Below the pieces are notes generated by a model. The model saw nothing but the letters and a program-made list of their open reading frames with translations. It did not search any database and had not been told where the DNA came from. Of a DNA stretch of 58,939 nucleotides, positions 10,274 through 19,384 are shown piece after piece. Location of the stretch: the NCBI GenBank assembly GCA_964492185.1, contig CAZBJH010000004.1, forward strand, positions 1 through 58,939. Reading direction: 5' to 3'. Position 1 is the stretch's first letter; the number at the start of each line of letters is the position of its first letter. Both the position numbers and the translations under genes were made by a program. This stretch comes from an uncultured Bacteroidales bacterium (lineage in GTDB: Bacteria > Bacteroidota > Bacteroidia > Bacteroidales > UBA10428).

Positions 10274-10523
10274 ATTATAAAACTATTCATCCCTCAACTT
10301 TGTTATTAACATCACAAATAATATATCTTTCACAAAATACATTTAATTGGCCCCATTTATTAAAACAGCATACATTTATTATCTAACTTTGAAGAAAATA
10401 ACCTGTATTAATTGGCTTAGCCAAGCTAAAGGTTTATAAAAATGAATGAGAATTTTGTTAAATATTGAAAAAACCTGAAGCTTTAATAATACAGAACAAG
10501 ATATAATTCTAATTTGATTCAAA

Positions 10524-12008
10524 ATGAAAATATTATTTATATATCCGCGATTCCCTGATACTTTCTGGAGTTTCAAACATGCTTTGAACTTTATTTCCAG
10601 AAAAGCATTTGTGCCGCCACTTGGCTTAATCACTATATCTGCAATGCTTCCGCCAACATGGAAGAAAAAGCTGGTAGATATGAACGTGAGCGAACTGAAG
10701 GCCAATGATATCCTTTGGGCAGACTATGTCTTTATAAGTGCAATGAACGTGCAAAAAGCATCAGTTGACAAAGTAATTGAAGAATGCAGGAAATACGGTG
10801 TAAAGATCGTTGCCGGCGGACCCTTTTTCACACGGGAATATAATAACTATCCGCAAATAGATCATTTTGTATTGAATGAAGCAGAAATAACCCTCCCAAT
10901 ATTTCTTAAGGACCTTAATTCCGGGATCACTCCAAAAAGAATATATAAAACTGATGTATTTGCAGATATGACATCATCCCCGGTACCTGATTATCATTTG
11001 TTATCAGCGAAAAAATATGCGGCAATGAATATCCAGGTAACAAGGGGATGTCCCTTTGCATGTGATTTTTGTGAAGTCACTTCCCTTTTGGGGCGTAAAG
11101 TCAGAATGAAGCAGACCCGGCAGGTTATTGACGAACTTGAAACCTTATACAAACTCAACTGGCGCGGAATGGTTTTTTTCGTTGATGATAATTTTATCGG
11201 CCGGAGACGAATAATGAAAACCCTTGTGCTACCTGCCATAAAAAAATGGATGCAGGATCATAAATACCCATTCACATTTACCACGCAAACATCCGTTGAC
11301 CTTGCAGATGATGATGAACTGCTGACAATGATGGTTGAATCAGGTTTTAGCTCTGCTTTCATTGGGATAGAAACTCCTGAAGATATTTCACTGCAGGAAT
11401 GTGTAAAATCACAGAACAGGAACAGGGACCTCCTGCATAGCGTTCAAAAGATCCAAAAAGCCGGAATAAATGTCTCGGGTGGATTCATCGTTGGCTTCGA
11501 CAATGATCCTCCTAATATTTTTCAAAAGCAAATCGACTTTATTCAGAAAAGCGGCATAGTTACCGCTATGGTAGGTCTGTTAAATGCCCCAAGGAATACA
11601 AAGCTTTATCAGCGCCTCAAAGCAGAAAACAGGCTTACAAATGAACATAGCGGTAATAATACTGACTACACTATGAATTTCATTCCGAAGATGAACCACG
11701 ATGTTTTGCTGGAAGGATACCGTACGATCATTAAAAATATTTATTCAATAAAACCCTATTATTACAGGATCCGCCGTCAGCTTCTTTTCCGCGAAACCAA
11801 ACCTGCCGGATATAACAGAATTGAATTCTCGCATATAAAAGCTTTCTTCAGATCAATTATTGTTATAGGGATTATTAACAAGGGAAGGTGGGAATTCTGG
11901 AAGCTGTTTATATGGACTTTGCTTAAACGTCCGGCATTACTGGTAGACGCAATAACATTTGCTGTATACGGTTATCATTTCAGGACAATATTCGGGCTCA
12001 GAAAATAA
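10524..12008 (+). CDS. B12-binding domain-containing radical SAM protein (class B rSAM with a DUF4070-like C-terminus).
   Basis: It has an N-terminal B12-binding-like domain and the CPFACDFC (CxxxCxxC) radical SAM cluster motif. Confidence 0.85.
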   Translation: MKILFIYPRFPDTFWSFKHALNFISRKAFVPPLGLITISAMLPPTWKKKLVDMNVSELKANDILWADYVFISAMNVQKASVDKVIEECRKYGVKIVAGGPFFTREYNNYPQIDHFVLNEAEITLPIFLKDLNSGITPKRIYKTDVFADMTSSPVPDYHLLSAKKYAAMNIQVTRGCPFACDFCEVTSLLGRKVRMKQTRQVIDELETLYKLNWRGMVFFVDDNFIGRRRIMKTLVLPAIKKWMQDHKYPFTFTTQTSVDLADDDELLTMMVESGFSSAFIGIETPEDISLQECVKSQNRNRDLLHSVQKIQKAGINVSGGFIVGFDNDPPNIFQKQIDFIQKSGIVTAMVGLLNAPRNTKLYQRLKAENRLTNEHSGNNTDYTMNFIPKMNHDVLLEGYRTIIKNIYSIKPYYYRIRRQLLFRETKPAGYNRIEFSHIKAFFRSIIVIGIINKGRWEFWKLFIWTLLKRPALLVDAITFAVYGYHFRTIFGLRK

Positions 12009-12022
12009 AATTATCTTAATTC

Positions 12023-12629
12023 ATTCCCTCGGGCTGCGGTTTCGAACTGCCCGCGAGGCAGTTCGACCTACTTTTTTGGCTGCCACCCAAAAAAGCAGGC
12101 AAAAAAGGTCACCGTTCCATAAAAATCGCTTGATTTACTACGAAAGGTTTTCTCCCCGCGGAACCCAAACTCACTCCTCCTTCGTCGTCGCTCAGACAGG
12201 GTTCCTCCAAGGCTTCCGCGACGAAAACCTTCCTTGAAATCTACGAGATTTTTCTTAGACGGATCCCGCTACTGCATAACCTTATGCTGGTTTTTAAGAA
12301 AATGGGGGTTGCGGAACAACGGCTTCCTTCTGTCATATCACAGCTTAACATATACAACGTAAGTCCTTACGGTAATATCCTTTTCAAATAAACCAACAAC
12401 AGAACGGGACCCCCGCCTTCAGGATTTTCCGTTAAAAAAAATCAAGGTGATCACCGTTAAAAAAATCGAGCTGTCCGACGTCAGGAGTTCTCGATTTTTA
12501 GGTGAGCACCTTGATTTTTTAGGAAAATCCTGTCAGCGGTGGCATTTTTGCCTACTTTTTTTGCTGTAGAAAAAAGTAGGTCGAACCGCTTGAGGGGCGG
12601 TTCGAAACAATTAGCCCACGAAAGGGCAT
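12023..12629. repeat. 607-bp non-coding element with ~100-bp inverted ends and nested internal hairpins.
   Basis: The left end (12023-12115) aligns with the reverse complement of the right end (12535-12629). Each end carries two hairpins: 12042-12066 and 12067-12099 on the left, and 12551-12580 and 12581-12605 on the right. The interior has a 109-nt near-perfect hairpin at 12422-12530 and a hairpin at about 12141-12236. Confidence 0.8.
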
Positions 12630-12666
12630 TATTTAATAAATTATATGGAATTTTAATAAAACAATA

Positions 12667-13110
12667 TTACTCTATATTAAAGCCTCCCGCTTCTTTAATC
12701 TTATCACTGTCAATAAGGATCAGATTATTGAACAGGGTATTCTTTTCTTCCAGTATCTTTTGAATGGCACGACGTGTATTGTTACGCGGATTGCTGTCGC
12801 GGTTCCTGATACTGTGAGCTATCTCCCTGAACCTGGCATCGGGTTCCCGGTTTCGCCATTTCGGATTTACCCTTGGCTCAAGCTTTTCCAGGTAAGTGTG
12901 CCTGTCGTTATAATAATACCACTTTACTCCTGTGGAACTCAGGAATTTACTGTTAGGACGCTGCATGGAAATATCCAGCCGGGTTACCGGGCAAAAACGC
13001 TTGTTTTGATTTCCGGGCTTTTCTTTATGTGAAGCAAAAAGACTGAGTTCATCGACATGTATAAACCCTGAAACAAAGTTAACCACCCGGCTGAATATAT
13101 TCTCATGCAT
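12667..13110 (-). CDS. Hypothetical protein (147 aa); I recognise no family.
   Basis: It is an isolated ORF not overlapped by a better one. It is basic and rich in R, N and K. Confidence 0.4.
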   Translation of the reverse strand: MHENIFSRVVNFVSGFIHVDELSLFASHKEKPGNQNKRFCPVTRLDISMQRPNSKFLSSTGVKWYYYNDRHTYLEKLEPRVNPKWRNREPDARFREIAHSIRNRDSNPRNNTRRAIQKILEEKNTLFNNLILIDSDKIKEAGGFNIE

Positions 13111-13272
13111 TAGCTGGAGATAAACACAGGGAAGCTACAAAATAATCTATCCCGTGTCAATTAAAAGGCTTTTTATTAATCAACTGGTTATGAACAGCAT
13201 CATTTATTTTTTGTAAAACGCAACAAAACTTCTTAATGCCCGTAAATCATTGAAATATCTAAATAAACAATA

Positions 13273-13518
13273 ATGGAACCACAAATTTGCCCTAAAACCC
13301 CCGGATGCCCTATTTTTAACGGAATACTTAAAGGTACCCAATACACCGAAACATATAAAAAGCTATACTGCGAAGCCGGTGAAGAAGGAAGAACAAGATG
13401 CAAGCGTTACCAGGTTGTCATGGCTGCTGGTAAATGTTCTGATAATATATTACCTAATTCAACCATATCAGTTGAAGAAATTATTTCCCGGATGAAAACA
13501 AATGGTGAGATAGAATAG
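13273..13518 (+). CDS. Small cysteine-rich hypothetical protein (81 aa).
   Basis: Six Cys residues are arranged C-x5-C-P-I-F ... Y-C-x9-C-x-R-Y ... C. It is divergent from 12667-13110. Confidence 0.45.
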   Translation: MEPQICPKTPGCPIFNGILKGTQYTETYKKLYCEAGEEGRTRCKRYQVVMAAGKCSDNILPNSTISVEEIISRMKTNGEIE

Positions 13519-13576
13519 AAAGCAGAAGTACAGTATTTTATAACATATCTGTATTTTGAACATGAATACTAATGTA

Positions 13577-13794
13577 GTGTTTATCCATAATGTCCGATAT
13601 CTGCGTTATTGCTCCATTTTTAAATCCTCGAATACCATAGTATACCGCGGTTTAAAATGTTTTTCACAACGTTAATAATTTTTAAAAGTGTTCAAGAGTT
13701 CAATTTAAAATGAGTTCAAGAGCTCACTTCGTCCGGTTCACGCGCCTTGATCTTGAACATTCTGAACAAACACTTTAAGTTTATGGAAAGAATC
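13577..13794 (+). repeat. Family-A type I module with about 2 tandem units, TA-flanked (13575-13576 and 13795-13796).
   Basis: It starts GTGTTTATCCATAATGTCCGATATCTGCG and ends ...GAACATTCTGAACAAACAC plus a 19-nt solo-terminus tail. It is collinear with 30392-30585. Confidence 0.85.
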
Positions 13795-13828
13795 TAATGT
13801 ATTGTCATTTTAAAAATACGGATGCGTA

Positions 13829-14713
13829 ATGAGAAATTTCGATCTGAATGAACGTTTTCTGAAAAGCCATTGGAAAGAGATCAGTCAGCCGGCCTGCCCC
13901 GGCTTAAAACATTCTTTTAACACTATTCATCACGGAATTCAGTTCCTGGCAATTACAGGTAAATATCTTCTTCCCCCCAGGTCTGACGACAGTAACATCG
14001 CCATGGAGTGGATACCACAGAAAAATGTGGTAGCCACTGAATGGATACATGCCGATACCACTTTCAGGGTTTGTATGCAACCGGATACATTAAAGCTGGA
14101 AATCTTTAACTATAATTGGAGTATCCTGGATAACATTTCATTACAGGGTAAGACAAATTGTGAGGTATACAGTCAGTTAAAAACCATTTTAGCACAACTT
14201 GGTGCTGATGTTTCCGGCTTATCATTTGACCTGCATTACGATATTCCGATGCATCCGACAGACAAAGGTGAAACTTACCAAATAGATGATCCGGAATTAT
14301 TTCATGAAATATCCATTTATTACAGTAATGCAGGTATAATGTTATCCCATTTGAAAGCTAATATCTGGGATGCCGGCCAGCTAAGATGCCGACCCCGGCA
14401 TTTTGATATGTCTTTTATTATCACTCTGGAACGCGAGAATAATGAAGCTGTAAAAACCATTAATGTGGGTTTCGGGCCACCTGACACATATTCCCAGGAC
14501 CCGTATTTCTTTATATCAACACGGTCAAAGTCAGGAACCAACCTAAGCGGCCTTCCAAAACCGGGAGCAGGGAGGTGGAATGATCGTGACTGGCAGGGAG
14601 CTGTTCTTCCTGTCGGTGAAATATTAAAGGCAGGTAATATCAACGACCAGGTAGAGATAGTAATTATGTTTATACGAGAAGGACTGAAATCCGTATACGA
14701 TAAAATACGGTGA
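13829..14713 (+). CDS. Hypothetical protein (294 aa), possibly DUF5996-like.
   Basis: It is a long clean ORF. The family assignment comes only from vague resemblance and is not verified. Confidence 0.5.
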   Translation: MRNFDLNERFLKSHWKEISQPACPGLKHSFNTIHHGIQFLAITGKYLLPPRSDDSNIAMEWIPQKNVVATEWIHADTTFRVCMQPDTLKLEIFNYNWSILDNISLQGKTNCEVYSQLKTILAQLGADVSGLSFDLHYDIPMHPTDKGETYQIDDPELFHEISIYYSNAGIMLSHLKANIWDAGQLRCRPRHFDMSFIITLERENNEAVKTINVGFGPPDTYSQDPYFFISTRSKSGTNLSGLPKPGAGRWNDRDWQGAVLPVGEILKAGNINDQVEIVIMFIREGLKSVYDKIR

Positions 14714-14731
14714 AGTGCCCGTATTATTTTA

Positions 14732-16096
14732 TTATTGTTTGTTTAATATCTCAGCGGCTAATTTTTCTATGTCCATACCTGAAAAATTACCTGAACTCAT
14801 CATCAAAAGGTTCTGCCCTTCACGGGAAACGGATAATATATGCTCATGTAAACTATTAGCCGATGTAAATACCTCCAGTCCCGCTTTTTTGAATGCCCGG
14901 CGGACATCATCCCCAGTAAGAGGCTTAAGCTTCTTATGTTTAAGCGTATCCGGATGGTAATAAACGATGGCTGTATCCGCTGCATCCATTGTTCCGGCAT
15001 ATTCTTCAAGGTATTCCCCTGTCAGGCTGCTGTATGTATGCAGCTCAAAACAGGCGATCAATTCACGGCCGGGATAAAGACTCTTTACCGCATTAATGGT
15101 AGCAACCAATTTCGAAGGTGAATGCGCAAAATCGACATATATACTATTATGCCCGTTCGATGCCAGCTCCTGCAGCCGTTTTCCAGATCCGGTAAAAGAA
15201 CAGACAGCAGAAAAGAACTGTTCATCACTTATACCAAGCAAATTGCAAACCTCTCTGGCTCCGGACAAATTTTCAATATTGTGTGCCCCAAATATCTTTA
15301 AAGGATATGATTCCCCGTTTATCCTTACAACAGTAGTTCCCCGCACAACATCATACTGTAATTGCCCGTATGGTATTTTAACAATGTCCTGTCGCACCTT
15401 TCCGGCCATTCTGACCAGTTCATCATCATCTTCAAAATAAACGAGCGTGCCTTCCGGTTCAATATGGTCAATAAACTTCTCAAACTGCTCCTTATAAATT
15501 TCCCTGGTGGGAAACACGTTGACATGATCCCAGGCAACGCCGCTTATCAATCCTATATGGGGCCTGTAAATTAAAAACTTGGGCCTCGGATCAACAGGAG
15601 ATGCCAGGTATTCATCACCTTCAAATACAGCTGTCGGTGCATCATCATCAAGTCCTACCATAATATCAAATCCTTCAACTACCGACCCTACCATAAAATC
15701 AAATCTTCTGCCCGCTTGTTTGAGTACATGCATTATCATCGAGGTGATGGTGGTTTTTCCATGGCTCCCGCTAATTACCACCCGTGTTTTATTTTTCGTC
15801 TGGTCATAAAGATATTCAGGGTAGGAAAAAATACGAATGCCAAGCTTTTGGGCTTCTATCAGCTCGGGATTATCTTTCCCGGCATGCATACCAACAATTA
15901 CACAGTCCGTGCTTCCGGTGATCTTACCGGGATGCCATCCCGGCCTTGAAGGTAACAACCCACACCCTGCCAGCCGTGATCGTGAAGGCTCATTTATCTC
16001 ATCATCCGAACCCGATACAACATGACCTTTTTTATGAAGGGCAATAGCCAGATTATGCATGGCTGCCCCTCCAATAGCTATAAAATGTATTGTCAT
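14732..16096 (-). CDS. mpl: UDP-N-acetylmuramate:L-alanyl-gamma-D-glutamyl-meso-diaminopimelate ligase (murein peptide ligase).
   Basis: The N-terminus is IHFIAIGGAAMHNLAIALHKKGHVVSGSDD and the Mur-ligase P-loop GSHGKTTITSM is present. Confidence 0.85.
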   Translation of the reverse strand: MTIHFIAIGGAAMHNLAIALHKKGHVVSGSDDEINEPSRSRLAGCGLLPSRPGWHPGKITGSTDCVIVGMHAGKDNPELIEAQKLGIRIFSYPEYLYDQTKNKTRVVISGSHGKTTITSMIMHVLKQAGRRFDFMVGSVVEGFDIMVGLDDDAPTAVFEGDEYLASPVDPRPKFLIYRPHIGLISGVAWDHVNVFPTREIYKEQFEKFIDHIEPEGTLVYFEDDDELVRMAGKVRQDIVKIPYGQLQYDVVRGTTVVRINGESYPLKIFGAHNIENLSGAREVCNLLGISDEQFFSAVCSFTGSGKRLQELASNGHNSIYVDFAHSPSKLVATINAVKSLYPGRELIACFELHTYSSLTGEYLEEYAGTMDAADTAIVYYHPDTLKHKKLKPLTGDDVRRAFKKAGLEVFTSANSLHEHILSVSREGQNLLMMSSGNFSGMDIEKLAAEILNKQ

Positions 16097-16318
16097 TCTT
16101 ATATCACTTAAAGTGTCAGTATGTAAAAGTAAAATAACATATCTCAGAAAACAAATAACAATATCTTCCCTTACTTTAACAAAAAGTAAACTTATTATAT
16201 AAGCTTTCTTCGTCGAAAAATTAATGAATCATTATACATGAACCTTAGGGATAATAACAAAAATTGTATCTTTATAAATATTTACATATATTATTGACAG
16301 GCATCATTAAGGCAACCT

Positions 16319-18430
16319 ATGGCAGTAAAAAATAACCTGAAAAAAGAATTGGGATTGTTTGATGTTTTTGCCATCAGCACAGGGGCAATGTTTAGTTCAG
16401 GGTTTTTCCTTTTACCCGGATTAGCATCACAGTATACAGGTCCATCGGTGTTCCTTGCATATTTTATCGCGGGTTTGCTTATCCTTCCTGCAATGTTCAG
16501 TATGGCAGAAATTGCAACCGCATTGCCCCGATCGGGTGGCGCTTATTTCTTCCTGGACAGGAGCCTGGGGCCTATGATGGGCACTATCGGGGGACTTGGG
16601 ACCTATTTTGCTTTAATGTTTAAAACATCATTTGCAATTATCGGTATTGGTGCTTATGCTGCCATTTTCTGGGAAGTGCCCGTGAAAACGGTGGCCATAA
16701 TGGCCACACTGTTCTTTATGAGTGTAAACCTTATCGGGGCTAAAAAAACATCAAACGTCCAGAACTTTTTTGTAACTTTTTTGCTGCTGGTGCTTGCTGC
16801 TTTTATTATTGACGGGGTTTACACTATTTTTTTTACGGAAAAAATAAATAACCCTGAAGTCAACAGTCATTTCAGCCCATTCCTGACCAATGGTTTCGAG
16901 GGACTTCTTGTTACTGCAGGATTTGTATTTGTTTCATTTATTGGCCTTACCAAGATTGCCAGTGTAGCAGAGGAAATAAAAAATCCCGAACGTAATATTC
17001 CACTTGGCATGCTTTTATCATTAACAATTACCTGCCTGGTTTACGTTCTGGGTGTATTTGTAATGGTAGCGGTCATTGAACCCTCCAAACTTGCCAGCGA
17101 ACTTGCCCCGGCAGCCACTGCCGTTAAAATGACCTTTACCTGGATGCCTGGTAAGCTGGCCGTTTTCCTGATGACAGGTGCTGCCATGGCTGCATTTGCA
17201 TCTACCGGGAATGCCGGTTTATTATCATCGTCCCGTTATCCTTTTGCCATGGGCCGCGATAATCTTTTACCTCCTATTTTCTCCAAAGTAGGAAAAAACG
17301 GCACACCGCTTAATGCTATATTAATCACCACCGGCGGAATTATATTTTTTATCCTGATACTATCCGAAGAAGGTATTGTTAAGTTAGCCAGTGCTTTTCA
17401 ATTAATAATTTTCATGCTGATCAATTTTTCGGTAATTGTTTTTCGCAAAAGCAAAATTGAGTCTTATGATCCCGGGTACCATTCCCCTTTATATCCTGCC
17501 ATGCAGGTCGCCGGAATAATTATCTCCCTGGTACTGATTATCTATATGGGCTGGATGCCTGTTATTTTCAGCTCCGTGGTGATCTTTGCAGGTTACCTGT
17601 GGTATTACTATCGTGTTCGAAAAAGAGTAAAACGCGAAGGTGCAATTTTTCATTGGTTTGCTTTGCTTGGAAAATACCAGTATGACGAACTGGAAAATGA
17701 GTTTATGCTGATACTGAAGGAAAAAGGCCTTCGCCACGGTGATCCTTTTGACGAAACAATAATAAAGGCCAGAATTACCGAAGTAAATAATCCTGTTGGT
17801 TTTGAAGAATTGGTTAACAAAGTTTCTGGAATTTTTGCTACCGAGATGCATGTAAAAAAGAAAACGCTTGTAAAAGAATTTTTATCTTCTTCAGCTATAG
17901 ATCCTGCACTTATCATCCCGCGTGTTTCAATATTATATGCTAAAAATGAAGGGATTGACCACCCTTCGATGCAAATTATTCTGTCAGATGAAGGGATAGA
18001 TAAAAAAGTTAGCAAGGGAAAAATCAACTCGGAGGATTCCATACAGGTGTTTTTCTTTCTTGTCAATGCATCCGGGGAATCAAAGCAACAATTACGCATG
18101 CTCTCACGATTGATCGATATAGTTGAAAGGGAAGGTTTCGTGGATCATTTGCTTAGTTTAAAGAGTCACCGGAAAATAAAAGAATTCTTATTGCAAAATG
18201 AACGTTTTATTACAGTTCAACTATTACCCGGTACTGCCCAGGCAGATATGATAGGAAAACAACTGAAAGATATCAAATATCCGGTAAATGTTTTGGTTGC
18301 CCTTGTAGAACGCGACAATCAAACATTTGCACCTAAAGGCGACACCCTCCTGCTGGAAAAAGATGTAATCACCATTATCGGCGAACCCGGATCAATTAAA
18401 CAACTATTTAAACAATATATGCAATCTTAA
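16319..18430 (+). CDS. APC-family amino acid permease fused to C-terminal cytoplasmic regulatory domains (EIIA-like plus TrkA-C/RCK_C-like).
   Basis: The first ~440 aa form about 12 TM helices. The C-terminal ~260 aa are soluble and end in a TrkA-C-like segment (VLVALVERDNQTFAPKGDTLLLEKDVITIIG). Confidence 0.75.
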   Translation: MAVKNNLKKELGLFDVFAISTGAMFSSGFFLLPGLASQYTGPSVFLAYFIAGLLILPAMFSMAEIATALPRSGGAYFFLDRSLGPMMGTIGGLGTYFALMFKTSFAIIGIGAYAAIFWEVPVKTVAIMATLFFMSVNLIGAKKTSNVQNFFVTFLLLVLAAFIIDGVYTIFFTEKINNPEVNSHFSPFLTNGFEGLLVTAGFVFVSFIGLTKIASVAEEIKNPERNIPLGMLLSLTITCLVYVLGVFVMVAVIEPSKLASELAPAATAVKMTFTWMPGKLAVFLMTGAAMAAFASTGNAGLLSSSRYPFAMGRDNLLPPIFSKVGKNGTPLNAILITTGGIIFFILILSEEGIVKLASAFQLIIFMLINFSVIVFRKSKIESYDPGYHSPLYPAMQVAGIIISLVLIIYMGWMPVIFSSVVIFAGYLWYYYRVRKRVKREGAIFHWFALLGKYQYDELENEFMLILKEKGLRHGDPFDETIIKARITEVNNPVGFEELVNKVSGIFATEMHVKKKTLVKEFLSSSAIDPALIIPRVSILYAKNEGIDHPSMQIILSDEGIDKKVSKGKINSEDSIQVFFFLVNASGESKQQLRMLSRLIDIVEREGFVDHLLSLKSHRKIKEFLLQNERFITVQLLPGTAQADMIGKQLKDIKYPVNVLVALVERDNQTFAPKGDTLLLEKDVITIIGEPGSIKQLFKQYMQS

Positions 18431-18466
18431 GACTGAAATGTAACCAAAGTCTGCTATTAAACACCA

Positions 18467-19189
18467 TTACGCGAAAGGACTGCCATTAAACCGCCGGACA
18501 TCAACATTATCTATCATTGCATTTCCCCTGTATTGAATAAGAAACAATACCAGGTCGGCGATCTCTTCAGGAAGGATCAGGTTTGAAGTGTCCAGATCAG
18601 GACGCATGGTTCGTACCATATCGGTTTTCACGCCGCCGGGTGCAACGGTGTGCACACGGATACCCATGGATTGTGCTTCTTTTGCCAGTACTTTCGAAAA
18701 TCCCATCAGCGCGTGTTTTGAAGCGGCATAGGCCGACTGGTTCACATAACCCAACCGACCTACAACTGATGATACGTTAACTATGACGGGGCGTTCGGCC
18801 TCTTTTAAATGTTCCAGTGCAGCCTGACACAAAAAAAAGGGAGCACGGGCATTCACGGCCATAAGTTCTTCCCAGTCATCAATTGTAGTATCTTCAAAAG
18901 ATTTGACGATACCAAATCCCGCGTTATTGACAAGTATGTCCAGCCGTTTGTATTTCTCAATCACCGCTTCAATGATCATCTTCGGGGTTCCCGTCTGTGA
19001 AAGATCACAGGGTATGATCATAGGATCGGTGTTTAGTTCTTCTAAACGGGCAGATAGTTCCAAAAGGTCGGGTTCACTTCTTCCGACCAGAACAACATTT
19101 GCTCCCTGCTCTGCAAAGCGGATAGCAATACTTTTCCCAATCCCGCGGGAAGCACCAGTAACGACAGCCATATAATGTTTCAAATCCAT
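18467..19189 (-). CDS. SDR-family oxidoreductase. The start is trimmed to MDLKHYMAVVTGASRGIG.
   Basis: Contains the TGASRGIG cofactor motif and the YAASK (YxxxK) catalytic motif. The 37-aa ORF-track extension lacks homology-like features. Confidence 0.85.
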   Translation of the reverse strand: MDLKHYMAVVTGASRGIGKSIAIRFAEQGANVVLVGRSEPDLLELSARLEELNTDPMIIPCDLSQTGTPKMIIEAVIEKYKRLDILVNNAGFGIVKSFEDTTIDDWEELMAVNARAPFFLCQAALEHLKEAERPVIVNVSSVVGRLGYVNQSAYAASKHALMGFSKVLAKEAQSMGIRVHTVAPGGVKTDMVRTMRPDLDTSNLILPEEIADLVLFLIQYRGNAMIDNVDVRRFNGSPFA

Positions 19190-19384
19190 AAGTTTATAAA
19201 TTATTACCTGCATTATTGACTTCACCCGGCGAACAGGCAGCTTTCGCAGCCTTACATTTATCCTGAACCTGCCACCTGAAAAATGCAGGACAGTTACCAT
19301 TTAAAGCAAAAGTATAAAATTGAATTCACCATTGCCATCAAAATGTACTATTTTTATGACCATAATCCTTGATTAAAAACTACT

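Noticed and set aside
10280-10523. A cobalamin riboswitch might lie upstream of the B12-binding radical SAM gene.
   Set aside because: The region is very AT-rich and has no B12-box-like GC-rich core (no GCCACTG-type motif) and no multi-stem structure.
12581-12612. GGCGGTTCGAAAC resembles a tRNA T-arm (GGTTCGAA), which might suggest a tRNA or tmRNA-like gene.
   Set aside because: There is no complementary T-stem, acceptor stem or anticodon arm. The sequence is one arm of a simple hairpin that is mirrored at 12042-12066.
11959-12763. ORFs 11959-12237 (92 aa) and 12539-12763 (74 aa) lie inside or over the 607-bp element.
   Set aside because: They run through inverted-repeat and hairpin sequence, have low-complexity composition, and overlap the ends of better genes. 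They are most likely spurious.
10524-13518. The radical SAM gene plus a Cys-rich 81-aa ORF might be a RiPP biosynthetic pair.
   Set aside because: The genes are separated by 1.2 kb that contains a repeat element with terminator-like hairpins and an opposite-strand gene. There is no SPASM or RRE domain, protease or transporter, and the small protein looks like a folded Cys-rich protein rather than a leader-core peptide.
18467-19300. The ORF track gives N-terminal extensions for the SDR (18467-19300), prmC (36954-37934), the DUF4190-like gene (26975-27691) and the OmpA-family gene (46753-47802).
   Set aside because: The extensions precede clear native N-termini (a Rossmann motif, a signal peptide or lipobox, or a conserved start). 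In one case the extension runs across a terminator hairpin, so internal starts were chosen.
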